A DNA stretch of 64,000 nucleotides. Source: an uncultured Actinomycetota bacterium. GTDB lineage: Bacteria > Actinomycetota > Actinomycetes > Mycobacteriales > Mycobacteriaceae. The notes under the pieces were generated by a model that saw only the letters and a list, made by a program, of their open reading frames with translations, had not been told where the DNA came from and searched no databases. The DNA lies in contig CAVRFN010000043.1 of the NCBI GenBank assembly GCA_963720345.1, positions 58,658 through 122,657 of the forward strand, in the 5' to 3' direction. This document shows, piece after piece, positions 10,686 through 22,088 of the stretch. Each line of letters starts with the position of its first letter. Within the stretch, counting starts at the first letter, position 1. Made by a program: the position numbers and the translations under genes.

Positions 10686-11830
10686 CTCGTGAGGATCGTC
10701 GCCGCCGCGGTGCCGGGCGCACCGTAGAGCTGAGCGAAGCCGACCTTCGGCTCGCCGGGCACCTGCCGGTCGCCCGCCTCACCGCGCAGTTGGCGCACCA
10801 ACTCGTGGATCTGGCGCAGGCCCGATGCGCCGATGGGTTCGCCGTTGGCGATCAGTCCGCCGTCGGTGTTGATGGGCAACGCGCCGTGGATCTCGGTGGC
10901 GCCGTCGGCCAGCAGCTTCTCCTGATCGCCGTCGGCGCAGAACCCGCACTCGGCCATGTGGATGATCTCCGCTCCGGCATCGGTGTCCTGCAGCTGGATC
11001 ACGTCGACGTCCTCCGGTGCCACACCGGCCTTTTCGAACGCGGACCTGGCGGCGTAGACCGTGGGCGCGACGTCCTCGTCGACGGGGGCGAAGGTCGTGT
11101 TGACCTCATAGGCGCCGTACCGCCGCGTCCGCACCTCGACCGCCTTCAGGTACACGGGCTTCTTGCTGTACTTGTGCGCGATGTCGGCGCGACACATGAC
11201 CACAGCCGCTGCGCCCTCGTCGGGTGCGCAGAACATGTACTGGGTGAGGGGATAGTTCAGCATCGTCGAGTTGAGGATGTCCTCCTCGGCGATGGGCTTG
11301 CGGCGGAACGCGTTCGGGTTCAGCGCGCCGTTGCGGAAGTTCTTGGCCGCGACCTTGGCCAGCGTCTCCTGCGAGATGCCATGGTCGTGTAGATACCTGT
11401 TGGCCTTCATCCCGAAGAACTGCGTGGTGAGGTATTGCCCGTTCTCGGCGTACCAGCTCGGCATCCCCACCAGCGCCGGATCCTCGGTGAATGCGCCCCG
11501 GGGGTGTTTGTCCAAACCGATCGCAATGCCGATGTCGTAGTCGCCCAGCCGGATTCCGTCCGCGCAGGCCTTGGCGGCGCTCGCGGCCGTGGCACACGCG
11601 TTGAACACATTGGTGAACGGGATTCCGGACAGGCCCACCATGCCGACGATGGCGTCGGGGTTGGCAACGGTCCAGCTGCCGCCGGTGGCCGACTGGATGT
11701 CTTTCCATTCGACGCCGGCGTCGGCGACCGCGGCGAAGATGGCGTCAACGCCCATCTCCATCGCCGACTTGCCCTCGAAGCGGCCGAACGGGTGCAGCCC
11801 GACACCGATGATGGCGACGTCGTTGGTCAT
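10682..11830 (-). CDS. Thiolase-like (SCP-x/lipid-transfer type) protein
   Basis: VAIIGVGLHPFGR, VFNACATAAS, FCAPDEGAAA, INTDGGLIANGEPIGASG. Confidence 0.9.
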   Translation of the reverse strand: MTNDVAIIGVGLHPFGRFEGKSAMEMGVDAIFAAVADAGVEWKDIQSATGGSWTVANPDAIVGMVGLSGIPFTNVFNACATAASAAKACADGIRLGDYDIGIAIGLDKHPRGAFTEDPALVGMPSWYAENGQYLTTQFFGMKANRYLHDHGISQETLAKVAAKNFRNGALNPNAFRRKPIAEEDILNSTMLNYPLTQYMFCAPDEGAAAVVMCRADIAHKYSKKPVYLKAVEVRTRRYGAYEVNTTFAPVDEDVAPTVYAARSAFEKAGVAPEDVDVIQLQDTDAGAEIIHMAECGFCADGDQEKLLADGATEIHGALPINTDGGLIANGEPIGASGLRQIHELVRQLRGEAGDRQVPGEPKVGFAQLYGAPGTAAATILTR

Positions 11831-11847
11831 GACTTCAAGCCTTTCGG

Positions 11848-12261
11848 TTAAACCGGTTGGAAGGCGAACGTGACGATTTCGTCGCCGTCGCCATCGGTGG
11901 TGAAGGGCACGATGGCCAGTTCGACGTCCATGCCGAACTCCAACTTGGCCGGATCGTTCTCGGTCAGCCTGCCCTCGACGCGGATCACATCCTCGAGTTG
12001 CACCAGACCGACACCGAACGGAACGAAGTCCTTTCCGCTGGCGCCCTTGTAAGGCGGTCCGGGTGGGAACCCCTGCGTCGTCCACGCGACCAGGGTCCCG
12101 CGCCGGGGGAGCAGTACGTCGGACATCTCGCCGCCGCTGCACTTCGGGCAGCGCCGCTGGACGGGAAAAGTGGTGGCGCCGCAGTCGGCGCAGCGGCTTC
12201 CGATGAGCTGCGGATTGTCCTGCGGCCAGGTCGAGATATCGGGCGCGAGCGCCTTCTGCAT
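11848..12261 (-). CDS. Zn-ribbon/OB-fold (DUF35, BbsA-like) partner of the thiolase-like protein
   Basis: CADC...CPKC zinc ribbon followed by an OB-fold; immediately upstream of the thiolase gene. Confidence 0.88.
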   Translation of the reverse strand: MQKALAPDISTWPQDNPQLIGSRCADCGATTFPVQRRCPKCSGGEMSDVLLPRRGTLVAWTTQGFPPGPPYKGASGKDFVPFGVGLVQLEDVIRVEGRLTENDPAKLEFGMDVELAIVPFTTDGDGDEIVTFAFQPV

Positions 12262-12298
12262 CGGTGATCCTCCCTAGTCAGAGCGACAGCCTATCGCA

Positions 12299-12315
12299 AC
12301 TGTAACTATTACAGT
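12299..12315. promoter_or_regulatory. Perfect palindromic operator ACTGTAA-CTA-TTACAGT
   Basis: Lies between the divergent DUF35 and Mo-enzyme genes; touches a TATCGT -10 placed 7 nt before GTG 12328 (leaderless). Confidence 0.85.
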
Positions 12316-12327
12316 ATCGTAGTCGGC

Positions 12328-14526
12328 GTGGCACCGGTGATCGAACACAAGCCCACGTTCTGCCGGATCTGTGAGCCGCTCTGCGGCATGGTTGCGACCG
12401 TCGAGGACGGCCGCCTCATCGCGTTGCGTCCTGATAAGGAACACCCGCTGTCGGCGGGGTTCGCGTGTCAGAAGGGCATCGCCTTCACCGAGGTGCAGAA
12501 CGACCCGGACCGCGTCACGACCCCGCTGCGCCGCGGTCCGAACGGATTCGAACCGGTCACGTGGGACGACGCGATGTCCGATATCGCCGCACGGCTGTCG
12601 GCGGTGCTGCGTCGAGACGGTTCCGGTGGCGTCGGCTGGTACATGGGCAACCCCGGCGCGTTCAGTTACGCGCATACCTTCGCGGCACTGCTGTTCATGA
12701 AGGGCCTCGGACGTCACGGTCACTACTTCACCGCCTCGTCGCAGGACACCAACAGCAGGCTGATCGCCAGCCAGCTGCTCTACGGCGTGCCGACATCCGT
12801 GCCGATCCCCGATCTGACGCGTACCGACCTCCTGGTGATGATGGGCGCCAATCCGGTTGTCTCCCACGGCAGCTTCCTGACTGCGCCCCGCATCAAGGAC
12901 CGCATGCAGGACATCGTCAAGCGTGGTGGCCGGGTGGTGGTCGTCGATCCCCGCCGCACTGAGACCGCCGTCGCATTCGAATGGCTCGGCATCGTTCCCG
13001 ACTCGGATTCGTTTCTGCTGCTCTCGCTGCTGCAGGTGATGTTCTCCGAGAACCTTGTCGATGTCGACCGGGTCAGCCGGGTCGCCGATGGCGTGGATTG
13101 GCTGCGAACGCTGAGCGAATCGTTCACGCCGGAGGCGACGGCCGCCCAGACCGGCATCGATCCTGCGAGCGTCAGGGCGCTCGCCCGCGACCTCGTGCGC
13201 ACACCGCGCGCCGCAATCTACGGACGACTCGGCACGTGCGTGGGCCGTTACGGCACGCTCACCACATATCTGATCGACGCGGTCAATCTGGTCGCGGGAA
13301 ACCTCGACGCCCCTGGCGGTTCGGTCTTCAGCTCGATGGAGACCGTCGGGCAGAGATGGCAGAACACCATGATGGGCGCGGTGATGCGGCGGTCGCGGCG
13401 GCGGAAGCGGTCGCGCGTCAGCGGGATTCGCAGTGCCATTGGTTCCGAGCCTGCCGCCATGATGGCCAAGGAGATCACGACGCCGGGCGATCGCCAAATC
13501 AAGGCGATGTTCGTCTCGGCGGGCAACCCCGTGTTGTCGGTGCCGAACGGTGATGAACTCGAGGCCGCGTTCGAAACGCTCGATCTGTCGGTGGCACTCG
13601 ATTTCTATGTCACCGAGACCACCGCGCGATGCGACTACATCCTGCCCGTCACCACCATGTACGAGCGCGACGACTTCCCGTACACATTCCAGGCCTTTCA
13701 GGCCACGCCGTTTCGCCAGGCCACCGAGGCCGTGGTCGCACCCTCGGGCGAGTCGCGTCCGGAGTGGGACATCGTCGACGACCTCGCGCGTCGACTCGGA
13801 CGGCAGGTGCCGGCATTCGCGGCGTTCGGCATCGCGCGAAAAGCGTTGAGCACCTTCGGGATCGCTCTCACGCCCCGCATCATGATCGATGCACTTGTGC
13901 GGATGTCGCAGGGCGGTGACCGCTTCGGGCTTCGGCGCGATGGCCTGTCATTGCGCAGACTGACCGAACAGCACCCACACGGCGTCGTGCTGTCACCGCA
14001 TATTCGCACCGGAGTCCTGCGTGACGTAGTGGCCTATCTGTCTCGGCGGGTTCGACTGGTCCACTCCGACATCACCGACGAGGTCGCCAAGCTTTCCCGG
14101 GACAGACATCCTGAGGGCTTCCCGCTGCGGATGATCGGCATGCGAGAGCCACGCTCGGAGAACTCCTGGATGCACAACTCGCCGCTGTTGATGCGTGGCG
14201 AGCGTCGCCACCACGCACTGATGCACGTCGACGACGCAGCCGAGTTGCAGATCGTCGACGGCGACATCGTGCAGATCAGCTCGCCGTACGGTCACATCAC
14301 CGTGCCGGTCACCTCGACGAAGGACCTTGTCGCCGGCGTTGTCGCCATCCCGCACGGCTGGGGTCACAAGGGCACGGGAGGTTGGCAGCTGGCCAACCGT
14401 GCGGGCGGGGCGAACGTCAACCGCTTGACATCGAGTGAGCCCGGCGACGTCGAGTCGGTGTCCGGGATGGCCTGGCTGACAGGCGTACCCATCCGGTCGT
14501 CGAGCGCATTGACGTCCGCAGAGTGA
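12328..14526 (+). CDS. Molybdopterin (bis-MGD) oxidoreductase family protein
   Basis: CRICEPLC...FACQKG [4Fe-4S] motif, GANPVVSHGS, VVVDPRRTET, D-Y-ILP, NSWMHN, molydop-binding C-terminal domain; no TAT signal. Confidence 0.9.
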   Translation: MAPVIEHKPTFCRICEPLCGMVATVEDGRLIALRPDKEHPLSAGFACQKGIAFTEVQNDPDRVTTPLRRGPNGFEPVTWDDAMSDIAARLSAVLRRDGSGGVGWYMGNPGAFSYAHTFAALLFMKGLGRHGHYFTASSQDTNSRLIASQLLYGVPTSVPIPDLTRTDLLVMMGANPVVSHGSFLTAPRIKDRMQDIVKRGGRVVVVDPRRTETAVAFEWLGIVPDSDSFLLLSLLQVMFSENLVDVDRVSRVADGVDWLRTLSESFTPEATAAQTGIDPASVRALARDLVRTPRAAIYGRLGTCVGRYGTLTTYLIDAVNLVAGNLDAPGGSVFSSMETVGQRWQNTMMGAVMRRSRRRKRSRVSGIRSAIGSEPAAMMAKEITTPGDRQIKAMFVSAGNPVLSVPNGDELEAAFETLDLSVALDFYVTETTARCDYILPVTTMYERDDFPYTFQAFQATPFRQATEAVVAPSGESRPEWDIVDDLARRLGRQVPAFAAFGIARKALSTFGIALTPRIMIDALVRMSQGGDRFGLRRDGLSLRRLTEQHPHGVVLSPHIRTGVLRDVVAYLSRRVRLVHSDITDEVAKLSRDRHPEGFPLRMIGMREPRSENSWMHNSPLLMRGERRHHALMHVDDAAELQIVDGDIVQISSPYGHITVPVTSTKDLVAGVVAIPHGWGHKGTGGWQLANRAGGANVNRLTSSEPGDVESVSGMAWLTGVPIRSSSALTSAE

Positions 14527-14531
14527 ACAGA

Positions 14532-15786
14532 TCACGTGCGGCTTCGGCTCAGCATTGAGAACGCGCTGCTCGAAGAGGTCGGCACCCATGGTCGGGTCCG
14601 CCGGTCGGCGTCGAAGCCTGTCGCGACGCGCTCGCGCCGTCGGTCATCGTCATCGCTTCTGCGCACCTCTTGCTCGCAACCGCTGAGCAGATAGTTTCTT
14701 GGACGGTAGGCGAGAGCCGCATCGGGCAACCTCTGCACGCCGTGCGACTTCGAACTGGTCGCGACCGAATGGCACGACGCATACCGGTACGCCTTGAGCG
14801 AGCGCCTTCTGTGTTGCTCCCATGCCGCCGTGGGTGACTGCACATACCGCCCTGCGGAGCACAGGCCGTGCGAGACGAAATGGCAGACCGTCGTATGGGC
14901 GGACGTGGTCATTTCGTCGGCCTGTGCGGTGGGCATGGTGGCGACGATGTGAACGGGCTCATCGGCGAGCGCCGTGATCGCGGTCGATACGAGTGCGTCG
15001 TCGACACTGCTTCTCCGAGGACGTGGTGACGAGCACGATCGGTCGGTCGATTTCCGACAGCCACTCGGGAACGATGTCAGCGATCGGATCGAGCGGCACA
15101 CGGCCCGATCATGCGGACGGCATCGCCCCAATCCGTTTGGGGATACTGAAACGGCTTACCGCTGGCGACGAGCATGAGTGGTGCGCGACGTAGGAATTCG
15201 TCGATCGAATCGCACGGGTGGCAGACCTACATGTTGCTCGCACTGCGATTGAGCGGTGGTCGACCACCACTCGTTCGAGTGGGGTCAGCAAAGCGGCACG
15301 GGCTGCGGCGTCGCGGATCGTGCCGAATGCACCGGGCAACGGTTTGAGGCCGAATCCGAACGGGGGTACCCGGGGGAGCGCAGCGGCGGTGTGTATGGGG
15401 AGAAGCATGCCCATGGGATGTCGCCAGATTCCGCGGCGGATAGTGCACCCCAGCAGTTCACGTCGACCAGCAACGCATCGGGTCGAACGTGAGACGTTGC
15501 TTCGGAAAGATCGGGGACCTCGTGGATCGCGCGTCGGCTGAATACCGAGACCGAAATTTTCAACGCGGCGATAGGATTGGTGGCTTGCCAGTCATCTAGG
15601 GTGATCTCTTCGATGGCGGGATCGATCATATCGGTGGTGAAGCCAAGTGATTGCGCGATTTCGACACCGCTCGACAACGTGCGCAGGTGAATGTGGTGGC
15701 CGCGGCGGGATAGCTCGGACAAGGAGCGCGCTCATCGGCAACAGGTGACCGAGCGCCGGCGAGGTGTAGGCGAGAATCGTTGCCAT
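14532..15786 (-). pseudogene. GT-B glycosyltransferase (UGT/MGT family), heavily frameshifted (decay or read errors)
   Basis: MATILAYTSPALGHLLP N-terminus; VTHGGMGATQKALAQGVPVCVVPFGRDQFEVARR UGT signature. Confidence 0.7.
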
Positions 15787-15807
15787 GGTCAGACTCCCGC
15801 GGTCCGG

Positions 15808-18800
15808 TCAGATCGATGCGGCGACCATGTGACGCGCCTCGCCGAGTCGCCCTCGGGCATCGAGGCTTTTCACAGAGTGAGAGGTACTGCTCGGCCAGTT
15901 CGGCATGGCCGTGCGGCAGTCACCTTCCGCCTTGGCCAACAACGCGCGGGATCTCAGCCACCACAGGTCCATTGCCGGTATGTCGGGATGCCGAGCGTGC
16001 GGTTGATCGATGATCTGGTGCGCTTCGGCGAGATCGTCGTCGGAGCCTCGATCTCGAGGAGAAGCTCGACGAGGACCTCACCTGCGCGTCCCGCGAGAAC
16101 CGAAATCCTTGTGTGGTGTGAGTGAGAAACATTCGCGAAGCTCGACGATGGCGTTGTCGCGCTGACCGTTACGGGCGGCGTCGATGGCCAGATCGGCAGT
16201 GACGGCCGGCAGCGCGAGCGGTGAACAAATTGTGTTTATGGATGTGTGGTCCGGGCGCGGTCGAGCACATTCGATCGCCTCGTGGATATGACGCGTCGTT
16301 CGACCGGAGCATCACGACGCCGTACGTCCACTGTGCGGAGACGATGCCGAACATGTCACCGAAGGATTCGGCGCGTCGCACGATATCGTGCATCTCGTGC
16401 GACCAGATCGTCGGGCTTGATATAGGCCCATCGCCGCCAAGATACCCCGAGAATGCCCATACGACGGCTTGGCTGGCGGGTGGGAGTCCTTGTGCTTGCT
16501 CGATAGCTCTCCTGGATGATGAGCACGGCCGCGCTCAGGCTCACCTGTGCAGCATCTCGATAGCGCCGCGAACCGAATTGGCCAGGGCGAGCTCCATGGT
16601 CGGCAGATGCTTGAGCAGCGCCACGATCCGGTCGATCATCTCAGAGCGGCGTCGAAATCGCAATTGGACAAACCGCGCATAGGCGACTGAGAAGAGGATG
16701 ACACCCATCGTTGCGGTAGTCGCAGTCGATGCCGCCGATCATCTCGTGGCGAGTTCCTCGGCCAACGCTGCGGCCTCGGGGACTCGGTTGTCGTTTGTGG
16801 CGAAGGAGACGATGCGACCGGCCATGCCGATCGCGAGAGATGTCGAGGTCGCCGGCGAGCTTCGTCAGCTCACGAAATTCGCCGAACCGCTCGTCGACGT
16901 CGACATCATGACCGACGAACACCGACTTGGAAATGAGCATCGTCCTCGGCGCGACACGCATGTATGCGATGCCGACATGGTCATCTGGCAACTCGATCGG
17001 AGATGCGTTGCGCGCTCTCCCAACGGGCGCGAGCTGCGGGAAGGTCGCGGACTGCAAGCCATTCGGCGGCGCGCATGTGCCAGTGATACGCCTCGGCCAG
17101 GTCTGCCCGCCGCTTCGAGGTGGGTGGCGATCAACTCCGCGTTTTCATCGGCGGCGCCGGGATCGCGCCCCTCGATGGCGACGGCCAGCCGGCTGTGCGC
17201 CTGCATGCGGGTCGGCACTCAGCTGCGATTCGTAGGCTACGGTGCGCACCAGCGGGTGGCGAAAGCAATAGCGTTGTCGCGGTACGAATTCCGTCTGATC
17301 GATCAATTCTGACGACACCAACTCGGCCATCTGAGAGGGCATGGCTTCCGGAAGCAGGGTCTGCAGGGTGTCCACGTCGAAGTGGGTACCGATCACTGCG
17401 GCGGCGTTCAGGATCGACTTGGCCTCGGTGGGCAGCCGATCGATGCGGGCCGCGACCACCGCCTGGACGGTGGCGGGGACGGCGATGTCGGTAGACGTCG
17501 GTTGTCAGGCGGTAGTGACCACGGCTCCCCGTGAGCACGCCGCTCCCGGCCAGATCCCGCACGATCTCCTCGGCGAAGAACGGGTTGCCCAGGCCGCCAG
17601 CGCGATTCGATCGGTCAGGGATGCGAGCGAAGGGTCGCTCCGAGAAGTTGGTCGACCAGAACGCACGGCGGTCGAATCGAACAGTGGCCGCAGCGTGATC
17701 GTCTGATCGTGAATGGCGATGCAACGCACCGTGGAACTCCGATCGGTAGGCCGTGATGAGGATCGATGTCGTCACGTTGAGCGTGGCGGCGAATTCGGAA
17801 AGGACGTGATCGCTGGGTGCGTCGATCCATTGCGCGTCGTCGAGAACGAAAACAGTTCGGTTCGGGCGCGCCAGGACAGTTTGTGCCATCATCTCGACAA
17901 GTCGCCGGCGTCTGCCGTCGATGCTGACCTGCAACGGGTCCGCGCCGGGTCCGGCGATGCCGATGGCCTCGAACAGGATTTGTGCGTCGGAGAGTGTTCG
18001 GTGAGCAGACCCCGGAGCTGGCCGCAACGTGTATTCCCTGGCATCGGCGTCGCTGAGCCCCTCCACGCCGAACATGGCGCGGAGCAGACGCGACAACGCG
18101 CGGAACGCGAGTAAGGACGTGTGGGATTCGCAGCAGGCAACGACGATGTCCGCACCCTGATGCGCGGCGATCGCGGTGAACTCGCTGATCAGCCGACTCT
18201 TGCCTAGTCCGGGGTCACCGACTATCCCCACCAGGCAGCCGCGCTTGGTGTCGAATATCCTGCCCAGACAACGCAATTCGTCCTCACGACCAAGCATCAT
18301 GCCCCTCGTTGCGCCCCAACACCATCCGGTCGGATTCCACGGCGACGAGTTGGCGTGCGGGCACGGGTGAGGCGGCGCCCTTGATGACAACGTCTTCGAC
18401 CGGTCCGAGTCTGGCGACATCCTCGATGAGGCGGGCGGTGGACAATGAGCACAGGACGGCACCGGCTGGGGCGGCCGCCTCCATCCGTTGTGCCATTCCG
18501 ACGGGGTGGCCGATCAGCGGTGTATCGGCGTGGGCCCGAGCCGATTTCGCCGGCAACCACGTCGCCGGAGTTCAGGCCGACCCGAATCTGCAGGGCAATG
18601 CCGTCGCAGGTGTAGGACGCTCAGCTGGCAAGTTCTTCGGCTGATGGATTGAATCTCGAGCGCCGAGATGCACGCCCGTAGCGCATGATCCTCCAGTGCG
18701 ACCGGCGCGCCGAACAGTCGCCATCAAGCCGTCGCCGGTGAATTTGTCGACCGTTCCCTGGTAGCGCTGCACGACGGCGGATGCCCGTGTTGAAGAGTTC

Positions 18801-19020
18801 GTTCATGATCTCGCGTAGTCGCTCCGGGTCGATCGCCGCCGCAAGCTTCATCGAGCTCGACGACATCGGCGAACAGGACGGTCACCTGCTTGTGTTCACC
18901 TGGCGCGGGTGTGCGAAGTGACCGGCTGACCCACAGGCATCGCAGAATCGCGCCTGCGCGCGGAGGTCGTTGACCGCACGACAGACACCGGTTGGTGGCT
19001 TCGCTGACCGGACTGACCAT
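15808..19020 (-). pseudogene. Zn-ribbon/adenylate-guanylate cyclase/AAA-ATPase (STAND) protein, heavily frameshifted
   Basis: CLSCG ribbon, EHKQVTVLFADVV, DKFTGDGLMA, GIVGDPGLGKSRL Walker A, VLDDAQWID Walker B, GNPFFAEE, YCFRHPLVRTVAYES. Confidence 0.75.
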
Positions 19021-19099
19021 CCGCCGAATCTCCTGCGACGTCAATTACCACATGATCGCGCACGGCACACCGGATGGGTGACTTGATCCGCAAATCTGT

Positions 19100-19157
19100 C
19101 GAGCGTGCGCCAACTCGCGGAAATTCTCGGCGTGTCGGCCGGGGACGCGCACGCTCG
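19100..19157. repeat. Mycobacterial REP-like palindromic element
   Basis: Perfect 11-bp inverted arms CGAGCGTGCGC / GCGCACGCTCG just past the CoA-transferase stop. Confidence 0.65.
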
Positions 19158-19169
19158 CGGAGGGGTAGT

Positions 19170-20401
19170 TCAGGCGATGGCGCCGGAGTCCTTGAGCGCC
19201 TCGATACGGTCCCAGTCCATCCCCAGTTCCATGAGCACGATCTCGGTGTGCTCCGACGCCTGCGGGGCCCGCGTCGTCTCCAACGGTTCGTGGTTGAACT
19301 GGACCGGACCGCGCACGACCTTGAACGGCGCTCCGCCATCGCTGGCTTCGACCTCCACGATCATGTCGTTGGCGATCGCCTGCTCGTCGGAGCGCGAGGT
19401 CGATGAGGCTCTGGAACGGCGCCCACTGGCCCTTCATGGTCTTGAGGTGCTGACGCCAGTAGTCGAAGGGCTTGCTTCGAATGGCATTCGGCGATCAGTT
19501 CCGCCGCCGGCGGCGGCATTCTCGATGAGCGGCATCACGTCGGAGAAGCGCGGGTCGTCGGCGAGCTCGGGCAGGCCCGAGATGCTCGAACGCGTCGCGG
19601 ATGTAGCCGGTCGGGCTGACGATGCACAGGTTGATGGTGCCGCCGTCGGAGGTCAGGTAGTTGCCGAGGAACGGGTTCACCGTGCGGGCCGATCGAATCG
19701 GGCATCAGCGAGCGCATGGTCTCGCCGGTCTCCATGCCCTGGGTGACGCTGGCGCCCGCCGCCCACCACGCCGTGCTCAGCAGCGAGACGTCGAGTTCGA
19801 CGGCCTCGCCGGTGCGTTCGCGATGGAACAGCGCCGCCGAGATACCGCCAGCGATGTTCATCCCGCCGATGGAATCGCCGAACGCCGGAATGCCCTGCGA
19901 CAGCGCGCCGCCGAGTTCCTCGGGTGTCAGCGCGTGGCCGACGCCGCTGCGGGTCCAGAACGCGGTGCCGTCGAATCCGCCGGTGTCGCGTTCGGCTCCC
20001 TTGTCGCCGTAGGCGCTGCCGCGCGCGTAGATGATGTTCGGGTTGGCCGCGCGGATGTGTTCGACGTCGAACTTGTTCTTCTGCCGCTGCGCAGGCATGT
20101 AGTTGGTCAGGAACACGTCGGCGGTCTTGGCGATCTCGTAGAGCACCTCCTGACCGCCGGGCGTGGACACGTCGATGCCGACGCTGCGCTTGCCGCGGTT
20201 GGGATGCTCGATCAGCGGGTGCCGGTTCGGATCCAGCTGGAAGCCGCCCATGTTGATGAAGCCGCGCTGGGTGTCGCCGCGCACCGGGTGCTCGACCTTG
20301 ATCACGTCCGCGCCCCAATCGGCGAGGATCGCTCCGGCCGCCGGAACGAACGTGAACTGCGCAACCTCGAGGACGCGAACGCCGTCCATCACCTTGATCA
20401 A
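19170..20401 (-). CDS. CoA-transferase family III (CaiB/BaiF), frameshifted in the 3' half
   Basis: GVRVLEVAQFTFVPAAGAILADWGADVIKVEHP, NRGKRSVGID; GGAGA RBS before TTG. Confidence 0.88.
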
Positions 20402-20429
20402 GTCGACTTCTCCGTTGTTGTATTCGCCT

Positions 20430-20446
20430 ACTGTAATAGTTACAGT
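20430..20446. promoter_or_regulatory. Perfect palindromic operator ACTGTAA-TAG-TTACAGT
   Basis: Between the divergent CoA-transferase and aldehyde dehydrogenase genes. Confidence 0.85.
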
Positions 20447-20482
20447 TGAGCGTCCAGCATTGTTTCTGATTGTACGAGGTGG

Positions 20483-22033
20483 ATGGTGAGCTCCATCAAA
20501 GATCAAGAAGAGCGGATAGAAACCAGCGTCGATGTCGGCACCCGGGCGGCGGCGCGTGCCGAAACCCGCATGCTGATCGACGGTCACCTCGTGGACGCGG
20601 CCTCCGGCGCCACCTTCGACAACGTCAGCCCGGCAACCGGCCTGCTGCTCGGCGCCACGGCCGCCGCCGGCGCCGACGACATGAGTCGTGCCATCGCGGC
20701 CGCCCGTCGGGCGTTCGACGAGACCGACTGGCCGACCAACGGCGAGTTGCGCAAGCGGTGCCTGGCCCAACTGCAGTCCGCGATCGAGGCCGAGAAGGAA
20801 GACCTGCGCGAGGAACTGATCGCCGAGGTCGGGTGTCCCGCGATGACAACGCAGTCCGCACAGCTGGATTGGCCGCTGGCCGAATCGCTTCGCTACCCGG
20901 CGGGCCTGATCGACGACTTCGAATGGGAGCGCACGCTCGACGGCGGCGGGCTGTTCGGCGAGCGCAACGTGCGCACCGTCGTCAAGGAACCGGTCGGCGT
21001 CGTCGCAGCGATCACCCCGTCGAACTTCCCGATCGAGGTCATCCTCAACAAGCTCGGACCCGCGCTGGCGGCCGGCAATACGGTGCTGCTGAAACCCGAC
21101 CCGAACACACCGTGGAACGCGACCCGGCTGGGCAGGCTCGTCGCCGAGCACACCGACATTCCGGCGGGCGTGCTGAATGTCGTCACGACCCCGTCGAACG
21201 ATGTCGCTTCGATCCTGGGCACCGACCCCCGCGTCGACATGATTTCGTTCACCGGATCCACAGCGGTCGGCAAGCTGCTGATGCGTCAGGGCGCCGACAC
21301 GATGAAGCGGATGTTCCTGGAACTCGGGGGCAAGTCCGTGGCCATCGTGCTCGACGACGCCAACCCCGCCGCGATCCTGGGCGCCGCGATCGGCGTGTGC
21401 GTGCACGCCGGCCAGGCGTGCGCGGCCACCACCCGCATGCTCGTGCACCGGTCGCTGTACGACGAGGCCGTCGCCACCGTCACCGCCGCGTACCAGGGCG
21501 TGCCGGTCGGCGATCCGGTTCTGCCGGAAACCCTTGTCGGACCGGTGATCAGCGCCGCGCAGAAGGACCGGGTACTCACGGCGGTAGAGCGGGCGCGAGG
21601 CGACGGCGCCGAGATCACCACCGGTGGAGGTGCGGTCGAAGGTCTGCCGGAGCACCTTGCGGGCGGGCATTTCGTGCAACCCACGGTGATCGTCGGGGTC
21701 GACAACAGCGCAGCGATCGCACAGGAAGAGGTCTTCGGCCCGGTGCTCATCGTGATGCCGTTCGACGACGACGACCACGCCGTGCGCATCGCCAACGACA
21801 GCGCGTACGGCCTTGCCGGCGCGGTCATCTCGCGATCGATGGAGCGCGGCATGAACATCGCTCGCCGCATCCGCACCGGATCTTTCGGGGTCAACGGCGG
21901 GATGTTCTACGGCGCCGACGCGCCGTTCGGCGGTTACAAGAACAGCGGCGTCGGGCGGCAGTGCGGAATCGAGGGCTTTCAGCAGTACCTGGAGACCAAG
22001 ACCATCGGATGCCGGATACCCCGGCAGAAGTGA
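20483..22033 (+). CDS. Aldehyde dehydrogenase (AldA/Rv0768-like)
   Basis: SFTGSTAVG, LELGGKS, HAGQAC catalytic Cys, EEVFGPV, PFGGYKNSG. Confidence 0.93.
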   Translation: MVSSIKDQEERIETSVDVGTRAAARAETRMLIDGHLVDAASGATFDNVSPATGLLLGATAAAGADDMSRAIAAARRAFDETDWPTNGELRKRCLAQLQSAIEAEKEDLREELIAEVGCPAMTTQSAQLDWPLAESLRYPAGLIDDFEWERTLDGGGLFGERNVRTVVKEPVGVVAAITPSNFPIEVILNKLGPALAAGNTVLLKPDPNTPWNATRLGRLVAEHTDIPAGVLNVVTTPSNDVASILGTDPRVDMISFTGSTAVGKLLMRQGADTMKRMFLELGGKSVAIVLDDANPAAILGAAIGVCVHAGQACAATTRMLVHRSLYDEAVATVTAAYQGVPVGDPVLPETLVGPVISAAQKDRVLTAVERARGDGAEITTGGGAVEGLPEHLAGGHFVQPTVIVGVDNSAAIAQEEVFGPVLIVMPFDDDDHAVRIANDSAYGLAGAVISRSMERGMNIARRIRTGSFGVNGGMFYGADAPFGGYKNSGVGRQCGIEGFQQYLETKTIGCRIPRQK

Positions 22034-22084
22034 CGATTTGGGTGCGCAAACATTCGCTGAGCGGACGTTAGCGCACCCAAATCG
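22034..22084. repeat. REP-like hairpin, probable bidirectional terminator
   Basis: 14-bp perfect arms CGATTTGGGTGCGC / GCGCACCCAAATCG between convergent genes. Confidence 0.75.
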
Positions 22085-22088
22085 CTGA

